Source of the DNA: Candidatus Omnitrophota bacterium
GTDB taxonomy: Bacteria; Omnitrophota; Gorgyraeia; Tantalellales; Tantalellaceae
DNA length: 64,000 bases
Reading direction: 5' to 3'
NCBI GenBank assembly: GCA_043823005.1
Contig: JBDRBG010000013.1
Span: 25,233 to 89,232 of the forward strand
Under the pieces are notes generated by a model. That model was not told the DNA's origin, did not search any database, and was given only the letters and a program-made list of their open reading frames with translations. Made by a program: the position numbers and the translations under genes. Of this stretch, positions 1 through 14,107 are shown one piece after another (positions within the stretch are counted from its first letter, which is position 1; the number at the start of each line of letters is the position of its first letter).

Positions 1-780
1 CAATCCCTTTCCCAGGGTAGGGTTTATTCGTACAGCAACCGGAATAGTAAGAGGTTTAAGGATTAAAGCAAAATATCGGTTTTTGGTCGCGACCCCTGTA
101 ATATATCCTGTTTTTTCCTGCGCCTGCTTTAAGGCTTTAACCTTCCAAACTTTTCCATCAATAAGCGCGTCTGCTTCTAAAAAACTCCTCCCAACAATTT
201 GCCCTGATTGTTCAAGAGAACAAGGGCCTATCATAGTATAATCGCTTCCAGTGCTATGAGAAGAAATGTTTTTAGTTTCTATAACAGCAGTTATAACTTC
301 CGCTTCTTTTTGAAAGTTATATGTTTTTGTTATTTCTATATTATTTTCTATTACTAGTTTATATTGTATAATATTATTGTTTAATATTAGTTCATATTTT
401 TTGTTGTCTAACCCTTTTGCTCTATTGCTTTTCAAGGAAAATAAGCCACTGGCGCTTTGCGTTAAATCCAACAAAACTAAGCTCTTATTGTTCTCTGTAT
501 ATTTTTTCAATAATATCTTTTTAAGTGCTCCGCCTCTATCAGAAAAAATAAAAGTATGCGTGTCTGTTTGAACCTCTGTCAAGTTTTCTTGAACAGACGG
601 AAAATCTTGCCGCTCTTCTGTCTCTGTTGTCTCAGCAAAAGATCCGGTCAACAGCTCTTGCTTATTACCTTCAACAGCGGCTATTGTCCCTACATCCACG
701 GGTTGAACTGGTTTCATTCTCTGAAAAACAACCAAAACCAATAACGATAACGCCATTGCGATTATTAATCTTTTTTCCAT
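1..780 (-). CDS. yidC: Membrane protein insertase YidC (N-terminal part; runs off the window edge)
   Basis: Not in the ORF track; translated by hand from ATG at 780: [20 protein letters not shown]...[16 protein letters not shown]...KNRYFALIL. Canonical rpmH-rnpA-yidD-yidC order. Confidence 0.9.
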   Translation of the reverse strand, partial: MEKRLIIAMALSLLVLVVFQRMKPVQPVDVGTIAAVEGNKQELLTGSFAETTETEERQDFPSVQENLTEVQTDTHTFIFSDRGGALKKILLKKYTENNKSLVLLDLTQSASGLFSLKSNRAKGLDNKKYELILNNNIIQYKLVIENNIEITKTYNFQKEAEVITAVIETKNISSHSTGSDYTMIGPCSLEQSGQIVGRSFLEADALIDGKVWKVKALKQAQEKTGYITGVATKNRYFALILKPLTIPVAVRINPTLGKGL

Positions 781-1019
781 ATAACTTTTCCTCTATTATT
801 TTGTTTATTAGTAATAATGGGGTCATACCCGCCCGGGGAAAACGGATTGCATCTTAATATCCGCCAGAAAGCATAGATAGCTCCTCTAAACAATCCATAT
901 TGTTCGATTGCATTAACCGCATATTCTGAACATGACGGCAGAAACCTGCAACTCTTTTTAAAATAAGGGCTTATGTGTTTTTGGTAGCACCTTATCGCTT
1001 TAATAGTTATGTTTTTCAC
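765..1019 (-). CDS. yidD: Membrane protein insertion efficiency factor YidD
   Basis: [18 protein letters not shown] and [15 protein letters not shown] motifs; synteny. Confidence 0.95.
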   Translation of the reverse strand: MKNITIKAIRCYQKHISPYFKKSCRFLPSCSEYAVNAIEQYGLFRGAIYAFWRILRCNPFSPGGYDPIITNKQNNRGKVIWKKD

Positions 1020-1369
1020 ACTATCAACCCTTTTTTCTCAGTAAGATTTTTTAGTTCTTTTCTGATTTCTCGCGATAAAGCTGTTTTGGACAAACTTCTG
1101 GTGTTTTTTTCAAGCCTTACAATTATATCCGCTTCTTTATTAAAGGCTTGTCCGTGTTTACTAAAATACGCATATATAATCCGGCGCATATAGTTCCTGT
1201 CTACTGCTTTAGGGGCAAATTTTTTCGATATTATAATTCCGACCCTTATTAGAGCCGACTTTTTTTCTCCCGGTCGTATCCGGACAGAAACCAGTTCTTC
1301 GCTTTCTTTTCGGCTTGTCTTAAGGATATCCGCGAAATCCCTTGTCTTTAGCAAGTGTTTTACTTTCAC
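1016..1369 (-). CDS. rnpA: Ribonuclease P protein component
   Basis: [22 protein letters not shown] (RNR-motif-like); lies between rpmH and yidD. Confidence 0.92.
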   Translation of the reverse strand: MKVKHLLKTRDFADILKTSRKESEELVSVRIRPGEKKSALIRVGIIISKKFAPKAVDRNYMRRIIYAYFSKHGQAFNKEADIIVRLEKNTRSLSKTALSREIRKELKNLTEKKGLIV

Positions 1370-1503
1370 GCGGATAAAACTTTCTGTCCTTTGCTTCTTT
1401 TTCTATTTAAAATCGCCTGTCCCCCCTTACTCTTACTGCGTACACGAAACCCGTGTTTTCTTTTTCTTTTTAAATTAGATTTTAGTTTTATATTTTTTTT
1501 CAC
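1366..1503 (-). CDS. rpmH: 50S ribosomal protein L34 (45 aa)
   Basis: Below the ORF-track cutoff. GTG start preceded by a purine-rich RBS; [45 protein letters not shown]; stop overlaps the rnpA start. Confidence 0.93.
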   Translation of the reverse strand: MKKNIKLKSNLKRKRKHGFRVRSKSKGGQAILNRKRSKGQKVLSA

Positions 1504-1673
1504 CGTTATTCCCCTTTCTTGGTCCAAAAATAAGATTTCTGATTATATCATACTTATATATCAAGTCAAGGTAAATAACATCTCTATATCTCCCTGCTTT
1601 TTTACATCCCTGCTTTTTTATCTTTTTTTTTCTTTCCCGGCATTTTTTCTTGTTTTTAGCGTTTAAAAAAAAC

Positions 1674-1745
1674 TTGCATTGTTTAATTTAAACATATATA
1701 ATGTGCTTATTGTTTTCTTTGTTTTTGTTCTCAGCCTGTGGATAA
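1674..1745 (+). promoter_or_regulatory. Sigma70-type dnaA promoter plus DnaA box
   Basis: TTGCAT(1674)-17 bp-TATAAT(1697); consensus DnaA box TGTGGATAA at 1737-1745. Confidence 0.7.
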
Positions 1746-1837
1746 CTTGTTGATATTTTGTTTTTTACCTGTGAAAAAGCCTTGTTTCCTGTTAATAACC
1801 TTTTCTCAAGCTTTTTCCTTATTTTTTAAAGACTTTT

Positions 1838-3244
1838 ATGGATATTATTTGGCAAAAATCTCTTTCCATCATAAAAACTCACATCAATGAACAAGTCTTT
1901 ACTGCTTGGTTTTTGTGTATTTCTCCGGCTTCGATGGATGAAGACTCCATAACATTAGGCGTTCCTAATAAATTCTTTGAAAACTGGATAAGAGAAAAAC
2001 ATATGGCCTTAATCTTATCCTCGGTTAAAGAAAGCGCTGGAAAACCGCTAAAAGTTAAATTTAAGATTGTAGAGATTCCTCAAGCTTTATCACCTCAAAA
2101 TTTTCTGGAACAGCCCGATTCTTCGCATATATCAACAATGAAAGAAAAAGAAGGAGCAGTAGGCTGGCTAAAGTCCGTCTTTTCCTCGACCCGGCAAGTC
2201 CCGGAAAGCCGCTACCAGGAAATCGGGCTAAACCCACAATATACCTTTGATAATTTTGTAATAGGACAAAGCAATCGTTTTGCTCACGCCGCGTCTTTGG
2301 CTGTCTGTGAAAATCTCTCAAAAGTATACAATCCTCTTTTTCTTTACGGCGGTGTGGGTCTGGGGAAAACCCACTTAATGCACGCGATAGGCCACGAATC
2401 TCTTAAAAAATATCCTAGAGCTAAAATTTTATATATTTCCAGCGAAGAATTTACTAACCAGCTTATACACGCTATCAGAACAAGAACTACTCAAAAATTC
2501 AGATCCATGTATCGAAACGTAGATGTTCTTCTTATAGATGACATCCAGTTTATCGCGGGAAAAGATTCTACACAGGAAGAATTTTTTCATACTTTTAATT
2601 CTTTGCATGATTCTCATAAACAGATTGTTTTGTGCAGCGACCGCTCTCCTCAAAAAATAAACGGATTGGAAGAGCGCCTGGTATCAAGATTTGCGTGGGG
2701 GTTGATCGCGGACATACAATTGCCGGACTTTGAAACACGAATGGCAATTTTAGAAAAGAAAAGTGAAAACGCGGCCGTTAAAGTAACTAACGAAGTTCTT
2801 TGTTTTTTAGCGGAACACATAAAAACCAATATCCGTGAAATGGAAGGAGCCCTTATCCGTGTAGTAGCTTATTCCAAACTTACAGGACAAGCCATGTCTC
2901 CCGGATTAGCCAGAGAAGTTCTTGGCGAAATGATATCCGCTGAAAAAAAAAGAATAACAATTTCTAATATACAAAAGACTGTTGCTGACTTTCACGGAAT
3001 AAATGAATCTGATATGAAAACTAAAAAAAGAACACGGGCGCTTGCGTACCCCCGGCAGATAGCTATGTACCTTGCCAGGGATTTAACTCCCCATTCTTTA
3101 CCGGATATAGGCACTTTTTTCGGGGGCAGAGACCACACAACGGTTCTGCATGCTTGTGATAAAATTGAAACAGAAATGAAAAATAAAAAAGAAACTCTGG
3201 CTGTAGTAAAAAACCTTACGTCTTTACTGAAAAACGGAAAATAA
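1838..3244 (+). CDS. dnaA: Chromosomal replication initiator DnaA
   Basis: YNPLFLYGGVGLGKTHL Walker A, LLIDDIQF Walker B, GGRDHTTVLHA DNA-binding signature. Confidence 0.99.
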   Translation: MDIIWQKSLSIIKTHINEQVFTAWFLCISPASMDEDSITLGVPNKFFENWIREKHMALILSSVKESAGKPLKVKFKIVEIPQALSPQNFLEQPDSSHISTMKEKEGAVGWLKSVFSSTRQVPESRYQEIGLNPQYTFDNFVIGQSNRFAHAASLAVCENLSKVYNPLFLYGGVGLGKTHLMHAIGHESLKKYPRAKILYISSEEFTNQLIHAIRTRTTQKFRSMYRNVDVLLIDDIQFIAGKDSTQEEFFHTFNSLHDSHKQIVLCSDRSPQKINGLEERLVSRFAWGLIADIQLPDFETRMAILEKKSENAAVKVTNEVLCFLAEHIKTNIREMEGALIRVVAYSKLTGQAMSPGLAREVLGEMISAEKKRITISNIQKTVADFHGINESDMKTKKRTRALAYPRQIAMYLARDLTPHSLPDIGTFFGGRDHTTVLHACDKIETEMKNKKETLAVVKNLTSLLKNGK

Positions 3245-3446
3245 ATAACCTGTGGATATACTCCAATTTATCAACAAACTATCCACAAGGGAACGGATAT
3301 TTCATCCACAGGTTATCCTTGGTGGAAAGCTTTACAGCACAACGAGTTCCGCTGTTATCCACAGGTTTTCAGTAGCTTACTATTAAGACTACGGCTATTT
3401 TTTAAAAAAGATAACAACGGTAACAGTAATAAAACGAGGAGGCTTC
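3245..3446. other. Replication origin oriC (dnaA-dnaN intergenic)
   Basis: DnaA-box cluster: TGTGGATAT 3251, TTATCAACA 3268, CTATCCACA 3279, TCATCCACA 3302, TTATCCACA 3355, followed by trio-like CTTACTATTAAGACTAC and an AT-rich tract; gene orientation switches near dnaA. Confidence 0.85.
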
Positions 3447-4550
3447 ATGAATTTAAATGTATCTAAAGAATCTCTTATAGAAGGTATTCAAATTGTTCAA
3501 AACGCGGTTTCTTTGAAAAGTAGTCTTCCTATTTTAAGTAATGTTTTAATCGATGTTACTGGCGGGACAATGAAAATGACAGCTACTGATTTAGATATAG
3601 GAATTTCCGCGACAATATCAGTAGAATGTGAACAAGAAGGATCGATCACTGTTCCTGCCCGGAAATTTTTTGATATAATAAGAGCTTTGCCTGATGGAAG
3701 CGAGATCGCTATTACTTTAAAAAAGAACAATTTTGTCAGCATAAAAAGCGGGAAATCCGCCTTTAAAATAATAGGTTTACCTAAAGAAGAATTTCCTCAG
3801 CTGCCTCTATTTAAAAATAAAGACAGTATAACTATAAATCAAAAAAAATTAAAGGAGATGCTAACTCTTACTGATTTTGCTGTAAGTAAAGATGATACAA
3901 GGTACATACTAAACGGCCTTTTATTTAATATTAAAGAAGATAAAATAAGGCTTGTAGCAACAGACGGAAGAAGACTAGCCGCCATAGACCGAACGCTGAC
4001 AACTAAAACCTTAACCGAAAAAAAGGCTATAATTCCAACGAAAGCGCTTGTTGAAGTAAAGCGGATGCTGAAAGACGAAGGAGACATTAAAATAGAGTTC
4101 AGTGAGAACCAGGTTCTTTTTGATTTTTCGAATAGTTTTATCATATCAAGAATGATAGAAGGAGAATATCCTAATTATCAAAATGTAATTCCGGAAAAGA
4201 CACAGCAGGAAATCAGAGTTTCAAGAGAAGCGTTTTTATCAGCAACAAAAAGGGCCAGCATTTTTACCGATCAGGATTCTATGGCTATAAAACTGGATAT
4301 AAAAAAGAAAAAAATGACAATATCCAAAAACACCCCTTATTTGGGAGAAGCTAAAGAGGAAATAGATATAGAGTATACGGGAACAGAGGATATTGAAATA
4401 GGATTTAATCCTAAATATCTTATAGATGTTTTAAAATGTCTGGACGGGGAAGAAGTGGCTTTAGAAGTAACGTCTCCTAATAAGCCCGGAGTTATACGCT
4501 GGGGAGATGAATATACTTATGTTATATTGCCGATGCAGTTGACAACGTAA
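3447..4550 (+). CDS. dnaN: DNA polymerase III beta sliding clamp
   Basis: LPILSNVL, TATDLD, VATDGRRL, GFNPKYL and ILPM motifs. Confidence 0.99.
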   Translation: MNLNVSKESLIEGIQIVQNAVSLKSSLPILSNVLIDVTGGTMKMTATDLDIGISATISVECEQEGSITVPARKFFDIIRALPDGSEIAITLKKNNFVSIKSGKSAFKIIGLPKEEFPQLPLFKNKDSITINQKKLKEMLTLTDFAVSKDDTRYILNGLLFNIKEDKIRLVATDGRRLAAIDRTLTTKTLTEKKAIIPTKALVEVKRMLKDEGDIKIEFSENQVLFDFSNSFIISRMIEGEYPNYQNVIPEKTQQEIRVSREAFLSATKRASIFTDQDSMAIKLDIKKKKMTISKNTPYLGEAKEEIDIEYTGTEDIEIGFNPKYLIDVLKCLDGEEVALEVTSPNKPGVIRWGDEYTYVILPMQLTT

Positions 4551-4599
4551 CGTTGGTAGGGGAGGGGCATGCCCCTCCCTAAAAAGGATAAAGAAAAAA

Positions 4600-7418
<2,819 letters not shown>

Positions 7419-7446
7419 AAAGGAAAGAAGAAGAGAAAGGATCGAA

Positions 7447-9915
7447 ATGTATACGCGTAACGAAAAAATAGTACCTATTCACATAGAAGAGGAGATGAAA
7501 GATTCCTATATAAATTATGCGATGAGCGTAATTGTAGGAAGGGCCTTACCTGATGTCCGCGATGGATTAAAACCGGTGCACAGAAGAATTCTCTATGCGA
7601 TGAAAGATATGGGGATAGTTTATAATAAACCCTTTAAAAAAAGCGCCAGGATCGTGGGAGAAGTTCTTGGGAAATATCATCCGCACGGGGATTCCGCGGT
7701 ATATGACGCGCTGGTAAGAATGGTACAGGACTTTTCTCTCAGGTATCCGCTGATTAACGGACAGGGAAATTTTGGATCCATAGACGGCGATCCTCCGGCA
7801 GCTATGAGGTATACAGAGGCCAGAACACAGCAGATAACAGAATGGCTTTTAAAGGATCTGGAAAAAGAGACAGTGGGTTTTAAAGCGAACTTTGACGGAT
7901 CGCTTAAAGAACCGGAAATATTACCGGCAGTTCTGCCGAATCTTTTGATTAACGGATCCAGCGGGATCGCCGTAGGAATGGCTACGAATATACCGCCGCA
8001 TAATTTAAGAGAGATAGTCGACGCTGTCTGTTACCTTATAGATAATCCGGAGTGCAAAGTAAATGATTTAATCAAAATAGTGACAGGTCCTGATTTCCCA
8101 ACAGGAGCCCTTATCTGCGGACGGGAACCAATAAGACAAGCGTATAGAACGGGAAGAGGCGCTTTAAAAATGCACGCGAAAGCGCATGTAGAACAAAAAA
8201 AACAGGGCAGAGAAAGCCTTGTGATAACGGAGATACCTTATCAGGTGAACAAGACAAGACTGATAACCGCTATAGTCGATCTGGTGAAAAACAAAAAAGC
8301 GGAAGGAATCGTGGATATCAGGGACGAATCGGATCGGGACGGAATGCGCATTGTCGTGGATATAAAAAGAGGGGTGAACGCGGAGGTTATCTTGAACCAG
8401 CTCTATAAACACACGCAGATGCGGGAGACTTTTGGGGTAATAATGCTGGCAATCGTTGATGGTCAACCCAGGGTTCTTAACCTTAAAGAAACTTTGGAGC
8501 TTTTTATAAAACACAGAAAAGAAATAATAACAAAAAGAACCAAATTCGATCTTAGACGGGCGGAAGAAAGGGCGCACATTCTTGAAGGATTGAAAATAGC
8601 GATAAAAAATTTGGATGAAATAATAAAAGTAATAAGGACATCCAAAGATCCGGAAACAGCAAAACAAAAACTTATGGAGAAATTTATACTGACAGAAAGA
8701 CAAGCGCTGGCAATACTGGCTATGAGGCTTCAACAGCTTACAAATCTTGAAACAGAAAAAATAGAAAAAGAATATCTGGAACTTCTTAAAACTATTGAAA
8801 GGTTACAAGGAATTTTATCCAGCGGAAAAAAAGTAATGGATATCATAAAAGAAGAGTCTTTGGAAATAAAAGAAAAATTCGGAGACGCAAGAAGGACAGA
8901 AATAACAACAGACGAGGAAGACATAGAGATGGAGGACCTTATAGCCGAAGAAGATATGGTAATAACCCTGAGTCACGCCGGTTATATCAAGAGGTTTCCT
9001 GTAAGCTCTTACAAGAGACAGAGAAGGGGAGGCAAAGGAGTCACAGGAGCAGAAACAAAAGAGGAAGATTTTATAGAGCACTTGTTTGTCGCGTCAACGC
9101 ATGATTATATGCTTATTTTTACAAGCGACGGCAAAGTGCACTGGATAAAGGTGCATGAATTGCCTCAGGCAGGGCGAAGAACAAAGGGACGTCCTATTAT
9201 AAACCTTTTGGGAATATCCAGCGGAGAAAGCATAACATCTGTTGTTCCTGTCAGAGAGTTTACAGAAGGACAATTTGTTGTTATGGCTACGGAAGATGGG
9301 AAAATAAAGAAAACGCCGCTCACAGCTTTCCGAAATCCCCGACAAGGCGGGATTATCGCCATAACTCTTGGCAAAGGAGATAAACTTATAGGATCTGTTC
9401 TTTCCAGCGGCGAGGATGAGATATGTTTGGCAACATCCGACGGAAAAGCTATCCGGTTTAAGGAAAAAGGGATAAGAGCCATGGGAAGAAGCGCTCAGGG
9501 TGTTAAGGGAATATCTCTGGGGAAAAAAGACAGAGTTATAGGGATGGTAAGAGTGGATTTGGAAGGAAACCTTTTATCTATAACGGAAAAAGGCCTTGGG
9601 AAAAGAACATCTTTTGAAGAATATCGATTGCAGGCAAGAGGCGGGAGCGGCGTAATAAACATGAAAATAGTGGAGAAAAACGGAAAAGTTGTAAGTGTCA
9701 AAGCCGTAAAAGACGAACACGAAATCATGCTTATTTCAACACAAGGTATGGTTGTAAGAGTCGCGGTTAACGGAATAAGCAAAATCGGAAGGAGTACCCA
9801 GGGCGTAAGGGTTATTAACCTGAAACCCGGGGATAAAATAACCTCTGTGGCGTATGTTGTCTCAAAAACCGAAGAAGAAGAGGAAGAAACTGTCGCGGGA
9901 GAAGAAGAATCATAA
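7447..9915 (+). CDS. gyrA: DNA gyrase subunit A
   Basis: [14 protein letters not shown] and GyrA-box QRRGGKG. Start moved to ATG 7447 (MYTRNE) after a GAAAGGA RBS. Confidence 0.99.
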   Translation: MYTRNEKIVPIHIEEEMKDSYINYAMSVIVGRALPDVRDGLKPVHRRILYAMKDMGIVYNKPFKKSARIVGEVLGKYHPHGDSAVYDALVRMVQDFSLRYPLINGQGNFGSIDGDPPAAMRYTEARTQQITEWLLKDLEKETVGFKANFDGSLKEPEILPAVLPNLLINGSSGIAVGMATNIPPHNLREIVDAVCYLIDNPECKVNDLIKIVTGPDFPTGALICGREPIRQAYRTGRGALKMHAKAHVEQKKQGRESLVITEIPYQVNKTRLITAIVDLVKNKKAEGIVDIRDESDRDGMRIVVDIKRGVNAEVILNQLYKHTQMRETFGVIMLAIVDGQPRVLNLKETLELFIKHRKEIITKRTKFDLRRAEERAHILEGLKIAIKNLDEIIKVIRTSKDPETAKQKLMEKFILTERQALAILAMRLQQLTNLETEKIEKEYLELLKTIERLQGILSSGKKVMDIIKEESLEIKEKFGDARRTEITTDEEDIEMEDLIAEEDMVITLSHAGYIKRFPVSSYKRQRRGGKGVTGAETKEEDFIEHLFVASTHDYMLIFTSDGKVHWIKVHELPQAGRRTKGRPIINLLGISSGESITSVVPVREFTEGQFVVMATEDGKIKKTPLTAFRNPRQGGIIAITLGKGDKLIGSVLSSGEDEICLATSDGKAIRFKEKGIRAMGRSAQGVKGISLGKKDRVIGMVRVDLEGNLLSITEKGLGKRTSFEEYRLQARGGSGVINMKIVEKNGKVVSVKAVKDEHEIMLISTQGMVVRVAVNGISKIGRSTQGVRVINLKPGDKITSVAYVVSKTEEEEEETVAGEEES

Positions 9916-10028
9916 AAAAAAGTGTTGCAAAGAAGGGGGCTATTGTGTAGAATAGCTTTTCTTGTGATGCTTTAAACTGAAAGACAGTGGTTTAGTGTAT
10001 CAGAAAAAAGAAAGCTTACAGACTTTGC

Positions 10029-10106
10029 GTCCCCATCGTCTAGCCCGGTCTAGGACACCAGATTTTCATTCTGGCGACAGGGGTTCGAATCCCCTTGGGG
10101 ATACCA
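10029..10106 (+). tRNA. tRNA-Glu(TTC)
   Basis: GTCCCCA/TGGGGAT acceptor stem, anticodon arm CCAGA-TTTTCAT-TCTGG, GGTTCGAATCC, encoded CCA. Confidence 0.97.
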
Positions 10107-10116
10107 ATATTTCACA

Positions 10117-10154
10117 AAAGGCCTTTTCCGAAATTTATAAGGGAAGGCCTTTTT
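10117..10154 (+). terminator. Intrinsic terminator after tRNA-Glu
   Basis: AAAAGGCCTTTTCC...GGGAAGGCCTTTTT hairpin followed by a T run. Confidence 0.7.
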
Positions 10155-10265
10155 GTGTAGAGGGAGAGTGAAAAGCAGCGGCAAGCGTTATTTGGTAGAC
10201 ATTTGACGGTTAGCTGTTTGATAGTAAACGGTCAACGAACTAACGGTTAACCGTCAACTAAAACC

Positions 10266-10301
10266 GTCTTTGCGAGGGAGCAAGAGCGCCCGCGGCAATC
10301 T
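10266..10301 (+). repeat. REP-like hairpin family A (GTCWTTGCGAG...CGCGGCAATCT), representative first copy
   Basis: Further copies start near 12979, 13356, 15589, 16829, 22572, 26126, 30446, 30490, 30687, 30823, 34151, 35262, 35301, 35709, 50804, 55280, 56886, 59341, 61226, 62486 and 63646; inverted copies at 13466, 35648, 51034 and 56832. All are intergenic. Confidence 0.92.
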
Positions 10302-10364
10302 AAAGAAGGGTATAGTCCGGGAGCATATGATATACTACATACGGAAAATACAAAAGAGGTAAAT

Positions 10365-10901
10365 ATGGACATAGAACAGTTATGGGAAAAAGCCCAGGAA
10401 AGAACAGAAGTTATAAGAGGCAGAGTTAAATCTCTCCCGACGTTTATGATTACAAAAGTGCCATATATATTTTTAACAGAATCCGTTATTAACGAAGGAC
10501 ATACAGTGATCAGACAAGGAAAGGTAATTGTGGATAAACCCTTGATCTTTCTGCCGGAAGATCTGCCGCAATTTGAAGGTTTTGATTTTGAGGAAAATTT
10601 CGATTTAGAACAAGGCGCGGTACAGATGTTTTTTCTTATGCGGGGGATACGATTTCCTTCTTTGAAATATAATCATTGTTTAGAGAAACTGGATTTAGAA
10701 GAATTATCTTTAACTAAGAGCATTGAAAAATATAAAAACCAGCTGGAAAGAAAAGAGAACACAACAACAGCGCTTATTATAGGACCGGAAGACTGTTGGC
10801 AGTTTTCCGTGCTTATTTATATGGCCGCTTTAGTGGGGCGATGCGCAAAGACAGATATAATAAACTTTATGGATAAGTTTCGAAACAACAGAGGAAGATA
10901 A
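10365..10901 (+). CDS. Hypothetical protein (178 aa), likely co-transcribed with glmS
   Basis: GAGG RBS; 7-bp gap to glmS; no recognisable motif. Confidence 0.85.
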   Translation: MDIEQLWEKAQERTEVIRGRVKSLPTFMITKVPYIFLTESVINEGHTVIRQGKVIVDKPLIFLPEDLPQFEGFDFEENFDLEQGAVQMFFLMRGIRFPSLKYNHCLEKLDLEELSLTKSIEKYKNQLERKENTTTALIIGPEDCWQFSVLIYMAALVGRCAKTDIINFMDKFRNNRGR

Positions 10902-10908
10902 CAGAAAA

Positions 10909-12765
10909 ATGTGCGGAATTATAGGATATACAGGAAACCGGGAAGCGGTACAAGTTTTGATGGAAGGATTAAGCCGTCTGGAATACCGCGGGTATGATTC
11001 GGCCGGAGTAGCTGTTCTGGAGGACGGGGAACTCTATCTTCGCAAGAAAAAGGGAAAACTCGCGGTATTGGCCGATGAGCTCAACCGGAATCCGCTTACC
11101 GGAGATACAGGGATAGGCCATACCCGGTGGGCAACGCATGGAGTGCCTAATGATGTAAACGCGCATCCGCATGCGGATAATAGATGTGATATCGCGGTTG
11201 TGCATAACGGAATAATTGAAAATTATCAGGAAATAAAAGAAGAACTTCAACGCAAAGGGTATGTTTTTTCTTCGGATACAGACAGCGAAGTAATCGCGCA
11301 TCTTGTGGCGGATAATTATAGAGGAGACCTCAGAATCGCATTAAAAACAGCGCTTGAAAAACTAAAAGGGTCTTTTGCTATCGGCGCGGTGCATAAAAAA
11401 GAAGCCGGGAGGATTGTGGGTGCTAGAAGGGATAGTCCGTTGATCCTGGGAATCGGGGAAAACGAGCATTTTATCGCAAGCGATATTCCCGCAGTTTTGG
11501 AATACACAAAAAACGTTATATATATAGAAAATAATGAAATGGTAGATTTGCATCCGGACAGATATGAGCTTTATGATATAAAGGGAGAAGAGATAAAGAG
11601 GAGTTCTACTTTTATTAAATGGGACATTTCTCAGGCAGAAAAAAAAGGGTATAAACATTTTATGCTTAAAGAAATTTTTGAACAACCAAAGGTATTAAAA
11701 AATATTTTCAAAGAACGGGTAAAAGCGGGAAAAGTAGAATTCGAAGAACTTGAAATACAGGAAGAAGATTTTAGAAATATTACGAACATAGCGATTGTTG
11801 CCTGCGGAACAGCTTATCACGCGGGACTTACAGCCAAGTATATTCTGGAAAAATACAGCAGGATACCCGTTTGGGTAGACACATCAAGTGAATTCAGATA
11901 CAGGGATCCGATTGTGAACGCGAAGAGCCTGGTTATAGTGATATCTCAATCAGGAGAAACCGCGGATACGCTGGCGGCATTAAGAGAGGCAAAAATACGG
12001 GGAGCCAAAGTTCTGGCAGTGTGCAATGTTCTGGGCAGTTCGATATCCAGAGAAGCAAACGGAGTTATTTATACGCACGCGGGACCCGAGATAGCGGTTG
12101 CTTCTACAAAAGCGTATACAGCCCAGCTGGCGATATTATATCTTTTCGCGTATTATCTCGCGAATATACAAAATAAAAAAGATCGATTTGAGCCGGAATT
12201 TTTAACCGAGATACAAAAAATTCCGGATATGACAGAAGAACTATTAAATGATTATTGCGGAGAAGATAATCAGATCGCAGAGTACGCGGCAAAATTTCAT
12301 GAATATTATCTTGCAAGAAACAATAAGAGCTGTTTTCTTTATCTCGGCAGGAACATTAACTATCCAAACGCTTTAGAAGGAGCTTTAAAACTGAAAGAAA
12401 TTTCTTATATCAGCGCAGAAGGATATCCCGCAGGAGAGATGAAGCACGGGCCCATAGCGTTGATTGACGAGAACCCATGGGTTGTGTGTATCGCTCCTCG
12501 ATCCGAGACGCACGAGAAGATGTTGTCTAATATGCAGGAAATAAAAGCAAGAGGCGGGATAGTTATTGCTATAGTGACAAAAGGGGAAAAAGGGATGAAA
12601 GAAAAAGGAGCGAATTATGTGATAAACATACCGTCGGTCCCGGAATTTTTTTCCCCGCTTTTTGTTGTGCTTCCGCTTCAGCTGTTGGCATACTATGTAG
12701 CGGCGGAGTTTGGATATGATATAGATCAGCCAAGGAATCTCGCGAAATCAGTTACTGTGGAATAA
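10909..12765 (+). CDS. glmS: Glutamine-fructose-6-phosphate aminotransferase
   Basis: MCGIIG N-terminal nucleophile, GHTRWATHG, SQSGETADT, PRNLAKSVTVE C-terminus. Confidence 0.99.
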   Translation: MCGIIGYTGNREAVQVLMEGLSRLEYRGYDSAGVAVLEDGELYLRKKKGKLAVLADELNRNPLTGDTGIGHTRWATHGVPNDVNAHPHADNRCDIAVVHNGIIENYQEIKEELQRKGYVFSSDTDSEVIAHLVADNYRGDLRIALKTALEKLKGSFAIGAVHKKEAGRIVGARRDSPLILGIGENEHFIASDIPAVLEYTKNVIYIENNEMVDLHPDRYELYDIKGEEIKRSSTFIKWDISQAEKKGYKHFMLKEIFEQPKVLKNIFKERVKAGKVEFEELEIQEEDFRNITNIAIVACGTAYHAGLTAKYILEKYSRIPVWVDTSSEFRYRDPIVNAKSLVIVISQSGETADTLAALREAKIRGAKVLAVCNVLGSSISREANGVIYTHAGPEIAVASTKAYTAQLAILYLFAYYLANIQNKKDRFEPEFLTEIQKIPDMTEELLNDYCGEDNQIAEYAAKFHEYYLARNNKSCFLYLGRNINYPNALEGALKLKEISYISAEGYPAGEMKHGPIALIDENPWVVCIAPRSETHEKMLSNMQEIKARGGIVIAIVTKGEKGMKEKGANYVINIPSVPEFFSPLFVVLPLQLLAYYVAAEFGYDIDQPRNLAKSVTVE

Positions 12766-12780
12766 GAAACAACGCGGGGC

Positions 12781-12809
12781 TTGACCCTGACAAGCGGCTG
12801 GGATATAAT
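12781..12809 (+). promoter_or_regulatory. Sigma70 promoter of tRNA-Val
   Basis: TTGACC-17 bp-TATAAT. Confidence 0.75.
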
Positions 12810-12828
12810 AAGCTTTTTAAAATTAATG

Positions 12829-12906
12829 GGGCGATTAGCTCAGCTGGTTTAGAGCGCTACCCTTACAAGGTAGATGTCGTAGGTTCGACTCCTACATCGC
12901 CCACCA
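12829..12906 (+). tRNA. tRNA-Val(TAC)
   Basis: GGGCGAT/ATCGCCC acceptor stem, CTACC-CTTACAA-GGTAG anticodon arm, CCA. Confidence 0.97.
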
Positions 12907-13167
12907 GCATTTTCGGCTATGCCAAAAGCCTTGCGCGGAAAAACACTAGAAGGGTAGAGAGGGAGAGCGACCCATAACGTCTTTGCGATGGAGTGAAGGG
13001 GAGCGCGGTCCGCCAGAGGCGGATCCGCCTTTGGCGGACACTCTCGCAGTAAAAGGAAAAAGCTCTTTTAAAAAAGACCAAGCATTTTTCCGGAAACCTT
13101 TTTTTGTGAAGAACTAATAAATTTGACGAAAAAAGGTTTCTGTGCTATAAATAAAAACACATTTTTA

Positions 13168-13244
13168 GGGGTGGTAGTTCAGTTGGCTAGAACGTCGGAC
13201 TGTCGATCCGAAGGTCGCGGGTTCAAGCCCCGTCCGCCCCGCCA
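13168..13244 (+). tRNA. tRNA-Asp(GTC)
   Basis: GGGGTGG/CCGCCCC acceptor stem, TCGGA-CTGTCGA-TCCGA anticodon arm, GCCA end. Confidence 0.97.
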
Positions 13245-13245
13245 T

Positions 13246-13284
13246 AAAAATAAGGCAGCTTTTTAAAAAGCTGCCTTATTTTTT
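13246..13284 (+). terminator. Intrinsic terminator after tRNA-Asp
   Basis: AAAAATAAGGCAGCTTTT...AAAAGCTGCCTTATTTTT inverted repeat. Confidence 0.85.
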
Positions 13285-13675
13285 CAGAGAGAGAAACAAT
13301 TCAAAGGACTGTTTCGAAATACCCTAAAAGTGTCATGTGTCAAAAGCCAACTTTTGTCTTTGCGAGGGAGCGAAGCGACCGCGGCCCTCCTTAGGCGGAT
13401 CCGCCTTTGGCGGACAATCCAATAAAAATATAGTTTACCCACAAAATTTATATTTTTATTGCTATTCGAGATTGCTTCGCCCGTTTCATGGGCTCGCAAA
13501 CACATTTTAACTCAGTCCCCTTATTTTCCCCAGTTACTTTTAAGTACACCCTAACAAATTACAATTTTACCCTTTGATTAAATGTTGTTCTTACAGTATA
13601 ATATATTTTAATTAAACCGAAAAAGAAAAAAGTTGCCGGATACCAAGAAAAATAAAATATAAAGAAGGGAGGCGT

Positions 13676-14038
13676 ATGGGAAAAATAATAAGCGGGGCAC
13701 AATATGTGCTAATCCTTTTTATGGTTTTCGCGCTTGTCGGTTGCGGAGTACCCAAAAGTGAACATGAAGTGCTTGAAAAAAAATACGAGCAAGTACAGAC
13801 AGAGATAGAAGCTTTTAACGAACAGGCTAAACAGGTTCAAACTAACAATGACGCGTTAAAAAAGAACGTCGAGGAGCTTAAGACGCAAGTGGCACAGCTT
13901 ACGATGGGGAATAGAAATTTAAAGAGTCAATACGAAAAGGCTTTAAAAGCAAATCAGGAGCTTGAGGCGAAAGCGGCAAATGAAACAGCCAAAAGAATAG
14001 AAGCCGGGAAAAGAACGGCAGATGAGTTAGCGGAATAA
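13676..14038 (+). CDS. Predicted lipoprotein with a long coiled coil
   Basis: Hydrophobic signal with lipobox LVGC, then heptad-rich helix; GGGAGG RBS. Confidence 0.8.
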   Translation: MGKIISGAQYVLILFMVFALVGCGVPKSEHEVLEKKYEQVQTEIEAFNEQAKQVQTNNDALKKNVEELKTQVAQLTMGNRNLKSQYEKALKANQELEAKAANETAKRIEAGKRTADELAE

Positions 14039-14068
14039 TTTATTGATAACGGTCTAAATATATACCAA

Positions 14069-14107
14069 CAAAAAAGGAGAAGGCAAACAAAGGCTTCTCC
14101 TTTTTTA
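14069..14107. terminator. Bidirectional terminator
   Basis: AAAAAGGAGAAGG...GCTTCTCCTTTTT between convergent genes. Confidence 0.7.

Noticed and set aside
10107-10908. glmS ribozyme upstream of glmS
   Set aside because: glmS is preceded by a CDS 7 bp away; the upstream intergenic region holds a terminator and repeats with no recognisable ribozyme core.
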